From NCBI GenBank assembly GCA_044229845.1, contig JBGASG010000001.1:608001-672000 (forward strand): a stretch of DNA of 64,000 nt, read 5' to 3'. Origin of the DNA: Candidatus Obscuribacteraceae bacterium (GTDB lineage Bacteria > Cyanobacteriota > Vampirovibrionia > Obscuribacterales > Obscuribacteraceae). This document shows positions 1 to 9,455 of the stretch, in pieces; the first letter of the stretch is position 1, and every line of letters begins with the position of its first letter. Made by a program: the position numbers and the translations under genes. Below the pieces are notes generated by a model that was given only the letters and a program-made list of their open reading frames with translations, was not told where the DNA came from and did no database searches.

Positions 1-1716
1 TAACTTGGCATCTTCAGGGGTATCGGCATTAGTGCGCACACGCAGTCTGCGTACTTGGTCCGCCCATTCCAAAAGGGTCAGGAATTCGTCACTGAGCTTG
101 GGATCGATAGTCTCGATCGGCCCGTCGAATATTTCGCCGGTCGAGCCGTCGATCGAAATCACGTGACCGAGTTTGAGTGTTTGTCCCGCAACCAGTACTT
201 CTTGCGCATCCAGATTGACTTTGAAACCTTCGCAACCGGCGACGCAAGGCTTACCCATGCCGCGCGCGACCACCGCTGCGTGACTGGTCATGCCACCGCG
301 ACTGGTGACGACTCCCTGCGCCGGCACAATTCCGTGAATGTCGTCCGGACATGTTTCCACGCGCACCAGAATTACCTTCTTTGCCTGACCGGAAAGACGT
401 TCCGACTCATCCGGATCGAAAACGATCTCACCGATAGCCGCGCCCGGTGAAGCGTTGAGACCGGTGGCCAGAAGCTTGCCGGCTTTCTTCGCCTTGGCTT
501 TGGCATCGGCATCGAACGAAGGCAGAAGCAGCTGGTTGAGTTGGTTGGGTTCGACGCGCAGCAATGCGGCATCCTTGTCGATGATACCTTCGCGCACCAG
601 ATCGACGGCCACTTTCACTGCCGCGGCGGCTGTCCGTTTGCCGGTGCGGGTTTGCAAAAGATAGAGCTTGCCTTGTTCGACGGTAAACTCGATGTCCTGC
701 ATGTCTTTGTAATGATTCTCGAGGCGCATCGCAGTTTCTTCCAGCTCTTTGTAGACTGCCGGCATCTGCTTGGCCATCTCGGCGATTTTGTTGGGTGTGC
801 GGATGCCTGCCACCACGTCTTCGCCCTGCGCATTTACGAGGTACTCGCCGTAAAGCAGCTTCTCGCCGGTCGATGGATTGCGCGTGAAACAGACACCGGT
901 TGCCGAGTTGTTGTCGAAGTTGCCGAACACCATTGATTGAATGTTGACTGCGGTGCCCAGATTGTGATCGATCTTGTTGAGATTGCGGTAGTAGACGGCG
1001 CGGCTGTTGTTCCAAGAGCGGAACACGGCTTCGATAGCCCCTTCCAGCTGCTTGTCGGTCTCTTGTGGGAAGTCGATTTTGCGCTCGTCTTTGACCAGAC
1101 GTTTAAAGTCCGCCACCAGTTCTTTGAGGTGTTGTTCCGTCAGGTCGGTGTCGTTTTCGATGCGCAGCTGTTCTTTCTTCTCATGCAGCAAATCTTCGAA
1201 CTTGTCTTTGCTCAGGTCGAGCACCACGTTGGAATACATCTGGATGAAACGACGATAGCTGTCCCACGCAAAACGCGGGTTGGAGGTGGACTTGGCCAAT
1301 CCGTCGACGGTTTTGTCGTTCAAGCCGAGGTTCAAGATGGTGTCCATCATGCCCGGCATCGAAAACTTAGCGCCCGAGCGAACTGACAGCAGAAGCGGTT
1401 TGGCTGGGTCTCCCAGTTTGCGATCTAGACGTTCTTCGATTTTCTTCAGTTGCTCTTTTACTTCCGCAAAAAGACCTTCCGGAATCTGGCGATTCATCTC
1501 GTAATACTGACGGCACAGCGATGTGAGCAGTGTCATGCCTGGTGGCACGTTGACGCCGGCGGCGGTCATCTCAGCGAGACCGGCACCTTTCCCTCCCAGC
1601 AGATCACGCATCGCTTGCCGATTGCCGTCGAACTGTTTAAATGCCTCGTCGAACAACAGCACGCGCTTGAGATTGGCGGGTGCTTCCTGTGACTTGGCTC
1701 CGGGTGTGCTCAACAT
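1..1716 (-). CDS. ppdK: Pyruvate, phosphate dikinase (5' part; runs off the window edge)
   Basis: Missing from the ORF track because it has no stop in the window. Manual translation from ATG 1716 gives MLSTPGAKSQ...LLGGKGAGLAEMT..GVNVPPG..LLSVRSGAKFSMPGMMDTILNLG, with the phospho-His/regulatory Thr motif RGGMTSHAAVVARGM near 255-300. Purine-rich RBS (AGGAAAGA) upstream. Confidence 0.97.
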   Translation of the reverse strand, partial: MLSTPGAKSQEAPANLKRVLLFDEAFKQFDGNRQAMRDLLGGKGAGLAEMTAAGVNVPPGMTLLTSLCRQYYEMNRQIPEGLFAEVKEQLKKIEERLDRKLGDPAKPLLLSVRSGAKFSMPGMMDTILNLGLNDKTVDGLAKSTSNPRFAWDSYRRFIQMYSNVVLDLSKDKFEDLLHEKKEQLRIENDTDLTEQHLKELVADFKRLVKDERKIDFPQETDKQLEGAIEAVFRSWNNSRAVYYRNLNKIDHNLGTAVNIQSMVFGNFDNNSATGVCFTRNPSTGEKLLYGEYLVNAQGEDVVAGIRTPNKIAEMAKQMPAVYKELEETAMRLENHYKDMQDIEFTVEQGKLYLLQTRTGKRTAAAAVKVAVDLVREGIIDKDAALLRVEPNQLNQLLLPSFDADAKAKAKKAGKLLATGLNASPGAAIGEIVFDPDESERLSGQAKKVILVRVETCPDDIHGIVPAQGVVTSRGGMTSHAAVVARGMGKPCVAGCEGFKVNLDAQEVLVAGQTLKLGHVISIDGSTGEIFDGPIETIDPKLSDEFLTLLEWADQVRRLRVRTNADTPEDAKL

Positions 1717-1742
1717 GTTCTCTTTCCTATTGACGAAGTTGG

Positions 1743-2588
1743 CTATTGACGCAGTAAAAGGAAAATTTCGCTGGACGTTTCTTCAATCGCGCGCGACGAA
1801 ACGTCAATCACTTGACACTTCAGTTCGCGGAAAATTCTGCGGGCGTACTGGACTTCTTGTTTGATTTCATCGAGGTCTGCATACTCGGAATTGGCCGGCA
1901 TACCCATCACCGCAGCGCGTGTTGAGCGCAGGCTGTGCAAGATATGGGGGTCGATGTTCAGGCCGATGATTTTGCGTCCGGGCACCGTAAATAGTGCCAG
2001 CGGCGGATCGACTCCGGGCACAATCGGAACATTCGCGGCTTTCAGACCGTAGTGTTGTGCCAGGTACATGCAGTTGGGCGTTTTGCTGGTGCGCGACAGT
2101 CCGCAGAGAATGACATCTGCTTGACTGATACCTTCTGGATTCTTGCCGTCGTCGTAACGGACGGCGAAATTCACCGCGTCCATGCGCCTGAAGTAGCCTT
2201 CGTCCAGCAAGTGCAGACGCCCCGGCTGTGACATGGGCGAGGCGTCGGTCAGGGAGGCTATGCGCGAGATTAGTGGACCGAGCAAGTCAATGGTTGGCAC
2301 ATTGGCTTTCTTTGCTTCTTCCTCCAGAACTTCCCGATACTCAGGCAACACCAGGGTATAGGCGATCAGCGAGCGCCCGCTGGCGATTTCGCGCACCAGT
2401 CCGGCGATTTGTTGACAGCTTCGCGCCTGCGGCAATCGGTAGATACTTGCCAGCCCCGGATGAAACTGCACAAGTGCCGCCTGGGCAACCGATGCCGCAG
2501 TTTCACCCGACGAGTCCGAGAGCGTAAAGATGATTAGCTCGCGCTCGCCAACAGGGAGTTTTCCGTCCACAGCTGTAAGCCTTTGCAT
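1743..2588 (-). CDS. ppsR: PPDK/PEP synthase regulatory protein (kinase/pyrophosphorylase, DUF299)
   Basis: Motifs SDSSGETA, YFRRMDAVNFAVRYDDGK, P-loop GLSRTSKTP and AIEETS; immediately upstream of ppdK. Confidence 0.95.
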   Translation of the reverse strand: MQRLTAVDGKLPVGERELIIFTLSDSSGETAASVAQAALVQFHPGLASIYRLPQARSCQQIAGLVREIASGRSLIAYTLVLPEYREVLEEEAKKANVPTIDLLGPLISRIASLTDASPMSQPGRLHLLDEGYFRRMDAVNFAVRYDDGKNPEGISQADVILCGLSRTSKTPNCMYLAQHYGLKAANVPIVPGVDPPLALFTVPGRKIIGLNIDPHILHSLRSTRAAVMGMPANSEYADLDEIKQEVQYARRIFRELKCQVIDVSSRAIEETSSEIFLLLRQ

Positions 2589-2675
2589 GAGGTAAGTGCC
2601 TGATGAGCGTCAGTCAAGCCCTCATTTTTATCAGATTTGAGCCTAAAAAAAATGAGATGTGAAATTCAAAGAAGC

Positions 2676-3437
2676 CTAAGCCCCGGCGGCTTGCGGCACC
2701 GGCAATTCAAGGGCCCGCAAGAGTGGCAACAGGTCGACATTGCCCGAGATGAGCTTCACAAGATTGCCTTGATTGAGTTGCGGCACGCTAATTGAGGGGC
2801 TGTACGGCACGCAGCCCAGGTAGGGCACGCCGGTGCGCTGCCTGAGCGCCAGAGTGAGGGCGTCGGAGTCGATCACTCTGGTGCCGAAGTCAGGTGAGAC
2901 CTGGACCGAGACCATGGCGATCACATTCACCTGGCGCTTGCGCAAAAACGTCGCCGCCATCATGAATTGCTCGATTGTGCGCGCCCCGAAACGACCGACC
3001 AAAATTGCCGGCCAACCGATGTGCCGAGCAAAGTCGGCGCAATCCTGCCAGAAGGTCACCTGATCGTTCATCCAGGCAAGCGGCGTGGCGCACGAACCGG
3101 GCATCTCCAGAAATACGGTCGGCTCCGTGTCATAACACCACGCCACCGCTTTTGCTACCTGTGCTCCGTCGAAGCCGGCCGGTTCAGTCGCCAGAGCCAG
3201 CGGATAATCTATGGGACTGCGACCGATGCGTTGCATAAATTCCAACTCGGCCGCCACGTTGAGTTGTGACCCTATGCATAGCGGCTTAGCTGCGCGTGTC
3301 TGATATCCCATTTGCTGCAAGGTTGTCGACAAGCCTGACGCTACCACGGTTTTGCCGCACGAAAATTCCGTGCCGAAGATTATCAGTCCGCGGGGCGGCT
3401 CTACATGTAGTGGCATGGTGGTGTGCAGTCTCTTCAC
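2676..3437 (-). CDS. bioD: Dethiobiotin synthase-like P-loop protein (divergent)
   Basis: IFGTEFSCGKT Walker A, KP motif, DFARHIGWPAILV and C-terminal GVPYLGCVPY follow the BioD layout; several canonical residues diverge. Start may be at 3416. Confidence 0.7.
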   Translation of the reverse strand: MKRLHTTMPLHVEPPRGLIIFGTEFSCGKTVVASGLSTTLQQMGYQTRAAKPLCIGSQLNVAAELEFMQRIGRSPIDYPLALATEPAGFDGAQVAKAVAWCYDTEPTVFLEMPGSCATPLAWMNDQVTFWQDCADFARHIGWPAILVGRFGARTIEQFMMAATFLRKRQVNVIAMVSVQVSPDFGTRVIDSDALTLALRQRTGVPYLGCVPYSPSISVPQLNQGNLVKLISGNVDLLPLLRALELPVPQAAGA

Positions 3438-3649
3438 AATTTTGCTGCCTGCATCCTGTCAACGGCACCATAGTAGCACGGTGATCGCGAGATGCAAGCA
3501 CCGCGGGCGGCACCAGATCAACGTGCTTAACAAAGCTCCACGCGTGGTGGCACTGAGATCAAGTGTGACTCATTGCCGCCCGCTCTTTTCAGGCGATTGC
3601 ACGGGCGACCTCGGGCGGGTAAAATGCAGGTACTGCAAGCTGATGCCTC

Positions 3650-5044
3650 ATGATATTTGGCAAGTTTTTTCCGAATGCCGGAAATAAAAAAGCGCTGGAA
3701 GCGCTAGACCGCGCGCACGAAGCCAACGACGCGGGCAATATCGAGCTGGCGATTCAGTACTTCACTCAGGCCATTGACTGCCAGGATCCGGCGATTCGCA
3801 CCGAGGCATTCGCCTGGCGCTCTCAGCTGTATGTAGCGCTCGAACAATACAAAGACGCACTCTACGACCTCAACAAGGCATTGACAATCTCGCCTGAGGA
3901 GTGGTCGCTCCTCGGTAAACGCGGGGAAGTGCACTTCCTGATGGGGCAGCTGGAGCTGGCATTCGCCGATTGCGAGCGGGCACTGTCCATGGATGAAACC
4001 GATCAGTACTCGCGCAAAGTGCTGGCCACGGTGCTCAAACAGCAAGGCCGCTTTCTGGAGGCGCTTGCCGAGACCGAGGCTCTGCTTCTGGACACTCCCA
4101 ATGATCCCTGGGTTTTGACGCTCAACGCTGAAATGCTTTTCGAGACAGACAATTTCGAGGGCTGTGTGCGTGCCTCCACTATGGCATTGCAAGTGGCTGA
4201 GAGTGAGGCTATGCATGCCTTTCACGTGCGAGCCGATGCTCTGAAGCGATTGGGCAAGTGTTCGGAGGCGGCGCGCGACTATGAGCGCGCTCTCGACGTG
4301 GGAGCCGATGACCCGCTCATCTATGTCGGGCGTGCTGAGTGCTATCTGGAGATGGAGCTGCTCGATGAAGCCGCCGCGGATATCGCGCATGCCATCGGTC
4401 TGGACATGCAAAATGATGCCGCATTCAATACCAGTGCTCGCATCAATCTAGCCCAGCAACGCTTCAAGGCGGCTATGTCTGATGCCGATCTTGCCGTTGC
4501 CCTCAACGGTGAAAATCACTTTGCGCGCAAAACGCGCGCCAAGATCTTCATGATCAAAGAGATGTGGCACGAGGCCATTGATGATCTGACGGTCGCTCTC
4601 AAATACAGAGACAACCTGATGAGAGCCAGCTGTTACGGCATGCGCGCGCATTGCTATAACATGCTGGAAAAGTATGAAGAAGCCATCGCCGATGCCAATC
4701 GTGGCGAGGAATGCGATCCCGAAAACGGCATGTCTTACGCCAATCGGGCTTATGCCTTCCTCAAGCACGGTGAGGTGGATGCTTGCCTGGGCGAGTGCAA
4801 CCGCGGGTTGAAGCTCGATCGAAGCCAGCCTGAATTGCATAAGGTGAAAGCGCAAGCTCGTATAAAACAGAAAGACTATGAAGGGGCCGTGGCCGATTGC
4901 ACGTCAGCACTTCAGATTGACCCCCGCTATGTAGAGGCCTATGAAGTGAGAGCTACCGCTCTCGATTATCTGGAACACTATGACGACGCTGCCCGAGATC
5001 GCCGCCAGGCTGAGAAGTTTCATCGATTACGGGACGAAGAGTGA
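3650..5044 (+). CDS. Tetratricopeptide repeat protein
   Basis: Repeated 34-aa units (A..DL..AL...P; Y.NRA.A); no signal peptide. Confidence 0.9.
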   Translation: MIFGKFFPNAGNKKALEALDRAHEANDAGNIELAIQYFTQAIDCQDPAIRTEAFAWRSQLYVALEQYKDALYDLNKALTISPEEWSLLGKRGEVHFLMGQLELAFADCERALSMDETDQYSRKVLATVLKQQGRFLEALAETEALLLDTPNDPWVLTLNAEMLFETDNFEGCVRASTMALQVAESEAMHAFHVRADALKRLGKCSEAARDYERALDVGADDPLIYVGRAECYLEMELLDEAAADIAHAIGLDMQNDAAFNTSARINLAQQRFKAAMSDADLAVALNGENHFARKTRAKIFMIKEMWHEAIDDLTVALKYRDNLMRASCYGMRAHCYNMLEKYEEAIADANRGEECDPENGMSYANRAYAFLKHGEVDACLGECNRGLKLDRSQPELHKVKAQARIKQKDYEGAVADCTSALQIDPRYVEAYEVRATALDYLEHYDDAARDRRQAEKFHRLRDEE

Positions 5045-5186
5045 CCTGTAGGTTAAATGCGGGCGCATTTCACAGAATTGCCACGGCTTTGCCCTAACTT
5101 AAACCCATCAGGGTTCCACGTGCGGCCTCAGCTGCACGGGTCGGCTAGTGCTGGTTTCGCCACACACGCCCCAAAGGTGGAACTGG

Positions 5187-8100
5187 ATGAGTACAGGTAT
5201 CAATAACCCCGAGCGGTTGCCGGTCGAAGACGAGAAGCTCACGCTGCCCGCAGAGCCGGCCGGCGCTGACGGTCCGGCATGGCTTTCGAACCCGACTACA
5301 GGCAACATCGAGCTGGTGTCGCTCCAGTACGGTTCCGCCGAGATGGCGTCGTTGCGTGGACTGTACTACGGCGGCGATTTTCAGCTGCCCAAGTTCGATG
5401 CGCCGGCCAGGGTCAAAGACAACATTACTATCGGTCAAGACGGCAAAGTTACCATCGACTATCCGGCAGTTGCCGGAGAACCCCACAAGTCACGCACACT
5501 GGTCCCGGATGGCGCCGGCGGCTTCAAAGAAATAATCACCAAGACCGACGGCGAAGGCACCTCCCACCTGGTGAAGCGCGGCAACGAATGGTTCGCGTCC
5601 TTCCAGGGGATGGAATTCCCGATGAAGGGAGTCAAAGTCGACCCCAACACATACGAAGTATCGATCAAAAATCCGTCCGGACTCTGGCGCCGCGAAGGCA
5701 CGGACGGCTCCGTGCGTGACGATAAGGAGAACGCCGACGGGTCGCTGACCACCGTTGGACCGAACGGCGAAGTGCAGCGGATTACCAGAACCGACAACAG
5801 CACTATCGAGCAACGCGATGCCAACACGATCGTTGAGAGTGCGGGCGGCAAGTCGACGACATGGAAGAAACAAGGCAACGAATGGGTTTCGGATAACGGG
5901 CAGAAGCGCACCGACTTCAAACTCGATGCCAACGGACTGACCACCTACAAAAACGTCGGCGACGGTTTGACTTACCGCATCGCGGGCGATGGCAGCCAGG
6001 TCATCGAAGGCGAAGGGCGTTCGAAGATTACCCTCGATGCCCAGAATCGTGTGAAGAGCATTGAATGGCCGGATAGAAAGGAACGTCGCGAGTTCGAGTA
6101 CTTCGGCGAGAGCAAAGACATCAAAGTCGTGAAGAAGACCGACCTGCAGACCGGTACCACATATACCAACACCAGAGAGAATGCCCAATCTACTAAGTGG
6201 CATGTTGAAACCAACAACGGACAGCGCATCTCAGACTGGAACGGCAACGTGTCGGTTTTGCCCGGCGGAGCTTATTCGCGACAGTTTCTCGATGGACCGC
6301 ATGCCAAAGATGGTAAATGGTTGACCTGGTGGCCGGACGGCAAAGAAACTCATGACACGGTAGACGCGCAGGGAACCCGCACCTCTTACGATGCTCAAGG
6401 CAAGGTGCTCTTCAAGCAAGCAACCACCGGCGCCCGTACGGAATACGATGCCGCCGGCGGCATGGCTACGGTGAAGACCAACGACAATACGACGTTCGAA
6501 ATCAAAGCCGACAAAATCAAGATGGTCGACGGCGTCACCGGTGAAACCATCAACTTCACCAAGAGTGGTGATACATGGACGTCCGACTCCAAACGCTTCC
6601 CGGGCGCTCGCAAGAACCTGGCAGTCAGTGAACAGGGTACGCTGTCCTATACAAATGAAGCCGGTGAGCAAGTTTCGGAAAGACGCGACAATACTAAATC
6701 GATTCGACGCGGTGCACAGGTCTTCGAATATGGTGCTAAAGGCGATTTGCAATCGGTCACCTTCGGCGATACTACGCGCAAATTTGAGATCAAGAACGGT
6801 GTGCTGACGGCAACCGACACCAAAGCCGGACAGGAACCGAAAGTCGTATTCGATTCGTCGAAAGTCGGCGATCCCAAGTCTGTGCGCATCAACAAAGAGA
6901 CCGGTGACATCAGCTTCACCACCGATAAAGGCGCCACCGTTGTGCGCGGCAACGGTTTGACCATCGAACTGGATAAGTTCGGCAACCAAACTAAAGTCAC
7001 TCGTCCGGATGGCAGCTCTCGCGAATTTGCCTACGTCACTCAGAAAGAGAAGCCGGCTGCGGCAGGTAGCGATCCGTATTCCTATGACGGTTCTCCCGAA
7101 GGCGCCGACAAGCCTGCGCCGGAAGGCAAGGACGTTCAGGTTCTCGCCAAGATAATCGACCGGAACGCCAAAGGCGAGATCAAAGATGAATGGACTGCCA
7201 AGAGCGACGGCACCAGAGTCACCGGCGTGTTTGTCAACACACCGAAAGAAGGACAGAAACCGCGCGAACGCGAAAACATCGAGGTCTGCCAGGACGGCAA
7301 CTACAAATTCAACAAGCCTGGCGACAAGACCGAATACGCAGCACGCCTGGGTGGTGACGGCGCTCCCGGAATGTCGGCCGACATAGAAGAAGCTCGCGAA
7401 AATCTGCGAGATGTCCTGCGCGACAAACTCGACGAATCGCAACGCGTTCGCTTCGACGCCATGATGAAACAGTTCGAACAGCGCATGGCCGATCGCCTGG
7501 AAGCCCGTATGGCTGCCGGCATCACTGCGCCGGAAAAAATCCGTCAGGAAGTCGAGCAAGCCATCAAAGGGACTTACGACAACCTGGCCAAAATGGTATC
7601 GACTCCTTCAGATCCTGCTAAGCCTACTTTTATGGATCAAGCGACCCGTGTACGTCTGGCAGAAAACTTCATGCTCCATGCCATGGATCCGATGACCATG
7701 GATCAAGGACCGTCCGGACCCGGCGAAGAGGGCGGACACGGAACGTGCTGGATTCAGGGCGCCCACATCTGGGGCATGGTGCAGCATCCTGACGCCATGG
7801 CAGACCTTCTGCGTCAGGTATCGATCGACGGGCAGTACACCACTAAGAACAGTGGCGAAAACGATCCGGCTTCAAAGACAATCAGCTTCTCCAAAGAAAT
7901 GCTGGCGATCAGACAAGGCACACAAGAATCGCGCTGGACTGTCGATCGTGCCATGAAAGAGTGGGAAGAGTTGCCTGGCATGCGTCGCCAGATCTTGAGC
8001 GATCGCAGCCCGGTCGGATTCATCTTCGACAACGTGCTGCCGGTCATCGGCGGCAGACAAGAAAAACGCATCGATGGTGGCAATTTCGATACCATCAACG

Positions 8101-8822
8101 CAGTTCGCGGTTACAATTCGGACGGTTCCTACCGCACCGAAAAGATCACCGGCTCCGGCGACATCATGTACATGGTGACCGGCGACAAACCGGCGTCGTA
8201 TCACACCTGGAACCATCCGGACCACATTCAGGATCACCTGCTCAACGTCAATCCCGGCACCTCGCAAGAAGCGAAGAACGAAAACTTCCGCCGCACCTTG
8301 CTTGAGAAGGGCAGCATCCTGACGCACACGATGAACCACACTTCCTCCAGACAGATCATTAAGGTCAACGGCGAATGGTTGGCCGTACAAGATGATCAAC
8401 ACGGCGAAAACAGTGACTATGTAGTCGGCAAAGTGACTGACCTGGCTGCTTATGCCAAAGGTAGTGATGCCGCACTGCAACGCGCGCAAGGACAACAAGC
8501 CGTGCCCCGCGTAGTCATCCCGGGTGTCGTCAACGATGTCTCCGGCCCGGTCAACGCCAGTCAAGTTCGTTACTCGCCGACGCAACGCGGACAGCAGTGG
8601 GATCGCGCCGCCGGCGGATGCCCGGGACCGGGACCATGCCCGAGCCCGGATGGTGGCAGTGAAATCTCCGGCGGTTGCGACCGGGGCGGCTGCGGCGGTT
8701 GTGGTGGTGGCGGCTGCGGTGGTTGCGGCGGCGGTGGTGGCGGTTGCGGCGGAGGCTTCTCCGGTTTTCGTCCCATGCGCCCGCGCCTGTTAGGTCGTTT
8801 GTTCGGACGCCGTTGCCGCTAG
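5187..8822 (+). CDS. Large protein: YD/RHS-like beta repeats, putative papain/calpain-like cysteine peptidase domain and Cys/Gly-rich C-terminal tail
   Basis: ATG 5187 follows AAAGGTGG. Repeats include TSYDAQGKV, TEYDAAGGM, FEYGAKGDL and LDKFGNQTKVTRPDGSSREFAY. DQG..GHGTCW at 7701-7751, then MNHT and QDDQHG. Tail GGCGGCGGGGCGGC... ends RLLGRLFGRRCR. Confidence 0.8.
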   Translation: MSTGINNPERLPVEDEKLTLPAEPAGADGPAWLSNPTTGNIELVSLQYGSAEMASLRGLYYGGDFQLPKFDAPARVKDNITIGQDGKVTIDYPAVAGEPHKSRTLVPDGAGGFKEIITKTDGEGTSHLVKRGNEWFASFQGMEFPMKGVKVDPNTYEVSIKNPSGLWRREGTDGSVRDDKENADGSLTTVGPNGEVQRITRTDNSTIEQRDANTIVESAGGKSTTWKKQGNEWVSDNGQKRTDFKLDANGLTTYKNVGDGLTYRIAGDGSQVIEGEGRSKITLDAQNRVKSIEWPDRKERREFEYFGESKDIKVVKKTDLQTGTTYTNTRENAQSTKWHVETNNGQRISDWNGNVSVLPGGAYSRQFLDGPHAKDGKWLTWWPDGKETHDTVDAQGTRTSYDAQGKVLFKQATTGARTEYDAAGGMATVKTNDNTTFEIKADKIKMVDGVTGETINFTKSGDTWTSDSKRFPGARKNLAVSEQGTLSYTNEAGEQVSERRDNTKSIRRGAQVFEYGAKGDLQSVTFGDTTRKFEIKNGVLTATDTKAGQEPKVVFDSSKVGDPKSVRINKETGDISFTTDKGATVVRGNGLTIELDKFGNQTKVTRPDGSSREFAYVTQKEKPAAAGSDPYSYDGSPEGADKPAPEGKDVQVLAKIIDRNAKGEIKDEWTAKSDGTRVTGVFVNTPKEGQKPRERENIEVCQDGNYKFNKPGDKTEYAARLGGDGAPGMSADIEEARENLRDVLRDKLDESQRVRFDAMMKQFEQRMADRLEARMAAGITAPEKIRQEVEQAIKGTYDNLAKMVSTPSDPAKPTFMDQATRVRLAENFMLHAMDPMTMDQGPSGPGEEGGHGTCWIQGAHIWGMVQHPDAMADLLRQVSIDGQYTTKNSGENDPASKTISFSKEMLAIRQGTQESRWTVDRAMKEWEELPGMRRQILSDRSPVGFIFDNVLPVIGGRQEKRIDGGNFDTINAVRGYNSDGSYRTEKITGSGDIMYMVTGDKPASYHTWNHPDHIQDHLLNVNPGTSQEAKNENFRRTLLEKGSILTHTMNHTSSRQIIKVNGEWLAVQDDQHGENSDYVVGKVTDLAAYAKGSDAALQRAQGQQAVPRVVIPGVVNDVSGPVNASQVRYSPTQRGQQWDRAAGGCPGPGPCPSPDGGSEISGGCDRGGCGGCGGGGCGGCGGGGGGCGGGFSGFRPMRPRLLGRLFGRRCR

Positions 8823-8903
8823 ACCTTCGATGCTGCAAAGCCTCAGAAAAGCACAATCCTCCAGCCTAACTCCCACTAACACCAGATAAATAGGAACAGA
8901 ACA

Positions 8904-9233
8904 ATGGCATCGCGAAAATCAACAAAGTATCTCGCCAAAGAAGTGGGTGAATTCGCCACCATCGTCGCTACTCCCAGCGACAACCAGATCGCGCCTCCGA
9001 AGCCGGTCGTCAAAGCCTTTCGTGAAGCGTTCGCCCGCGGTGGACTCGACGAAGTCGACAAACTGATCGATTCAATCAACAAGTGCCTCCTCGCTGATGG
9101 TGCTACTCTCGGGCTGGCCGACGGCTGTGCCAGCGAACTCGACGATGCCGGAAACCCTGCTTACTTATGCATCCGCTTCAAAGAATATGAAGCGCGCAAT
9201 CCATACTTTCAGCAATGGATTGAACTCAATTAA
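8904..9233 (+). CDS. Small hypothetical protein (109 aa), candidate immunity or partner protein
   Basis: ATG with AGGA upstream and normal codon usage; co-oriented 81 nt after the large protein. Confidence 0.65.
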   Translation: MASRKSTKYLAKEVGEFATIVATPSDNQIAPPKPVVKAFREAFARGGLDEVDKLIDSINKCLLADGATLGLADGCASELDDAGNPAYLCIRFKEYEARNPYFQQWIELN

Positions 9234-9267
9234 AAGGGTTTCCGGGGTGTCGATCCGGGCCTTGTGC

Positions 9268-9287
9268 AAATCAACAGAAGTGTTGAT
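9268..9287 (+). repeat. Palindromic dispersed repeat copy 1 (AAATCAACAGAAGTGTTGAT)
   Basis: ATCAACA-GAAG-TGTTGAT inverted repeat; identical 20-mer on the minus strand at 43633-43652. Confidence 0.8.
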
Positions 9288-9381
9288 CGACCCTACTGAG
9301 ATTGAAAACGAAAAAGCACCCCCGCTCATTTGCTTCTACAGCGGATGCGATGCCGGATGCAAAATCGGGTGAACATGCGGC

Positions 9382-9415
9382 AAAGGAAAAGCCGCCGACT
9401 GAGTTGCCGGCGGCT
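9382..9415 (-). terminator. Rho-independent terminator after ctpA
   Basis: Minus strand AGCCGCCG-gcaactcagt-CGGCGGCT followed by TTTCCTTT. Confidence 0.7.
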
Positions 9416-9455
9416 CCGTGAGTTTCTTCAGTGGGCTTGAGAGCCCTGCGGCTGA

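Noticed and set aside
55..1692. Series of plus-strand ORFs
   Set aside because: They are antisense shadows of ppdK, which the ORF track missed because it runs off the window.
2600..2675. CTGATGAG...GAAA resembling a hammerhead ribozyme core
   Set aside because: No correctly placed NUH cleavage triplet or stem I, and it is antisense to the flanking genes.
6231..7559. 442-aa antisense ORF, and similar long antisense ORFs over alaS, ilvE, the csgG-like gene and carB
   Set aside because: Expected from codon bias of the real genes in GC-rich DNA; no domain signal.
8670..8755. GGC/GGT-rich tract as a CRISPR or non-coding repeat
   Set aside because: It is in-frame Gly/Cys coding sequence with no repeat-spacer structure; no CRISPR array was found anywhere in the window.
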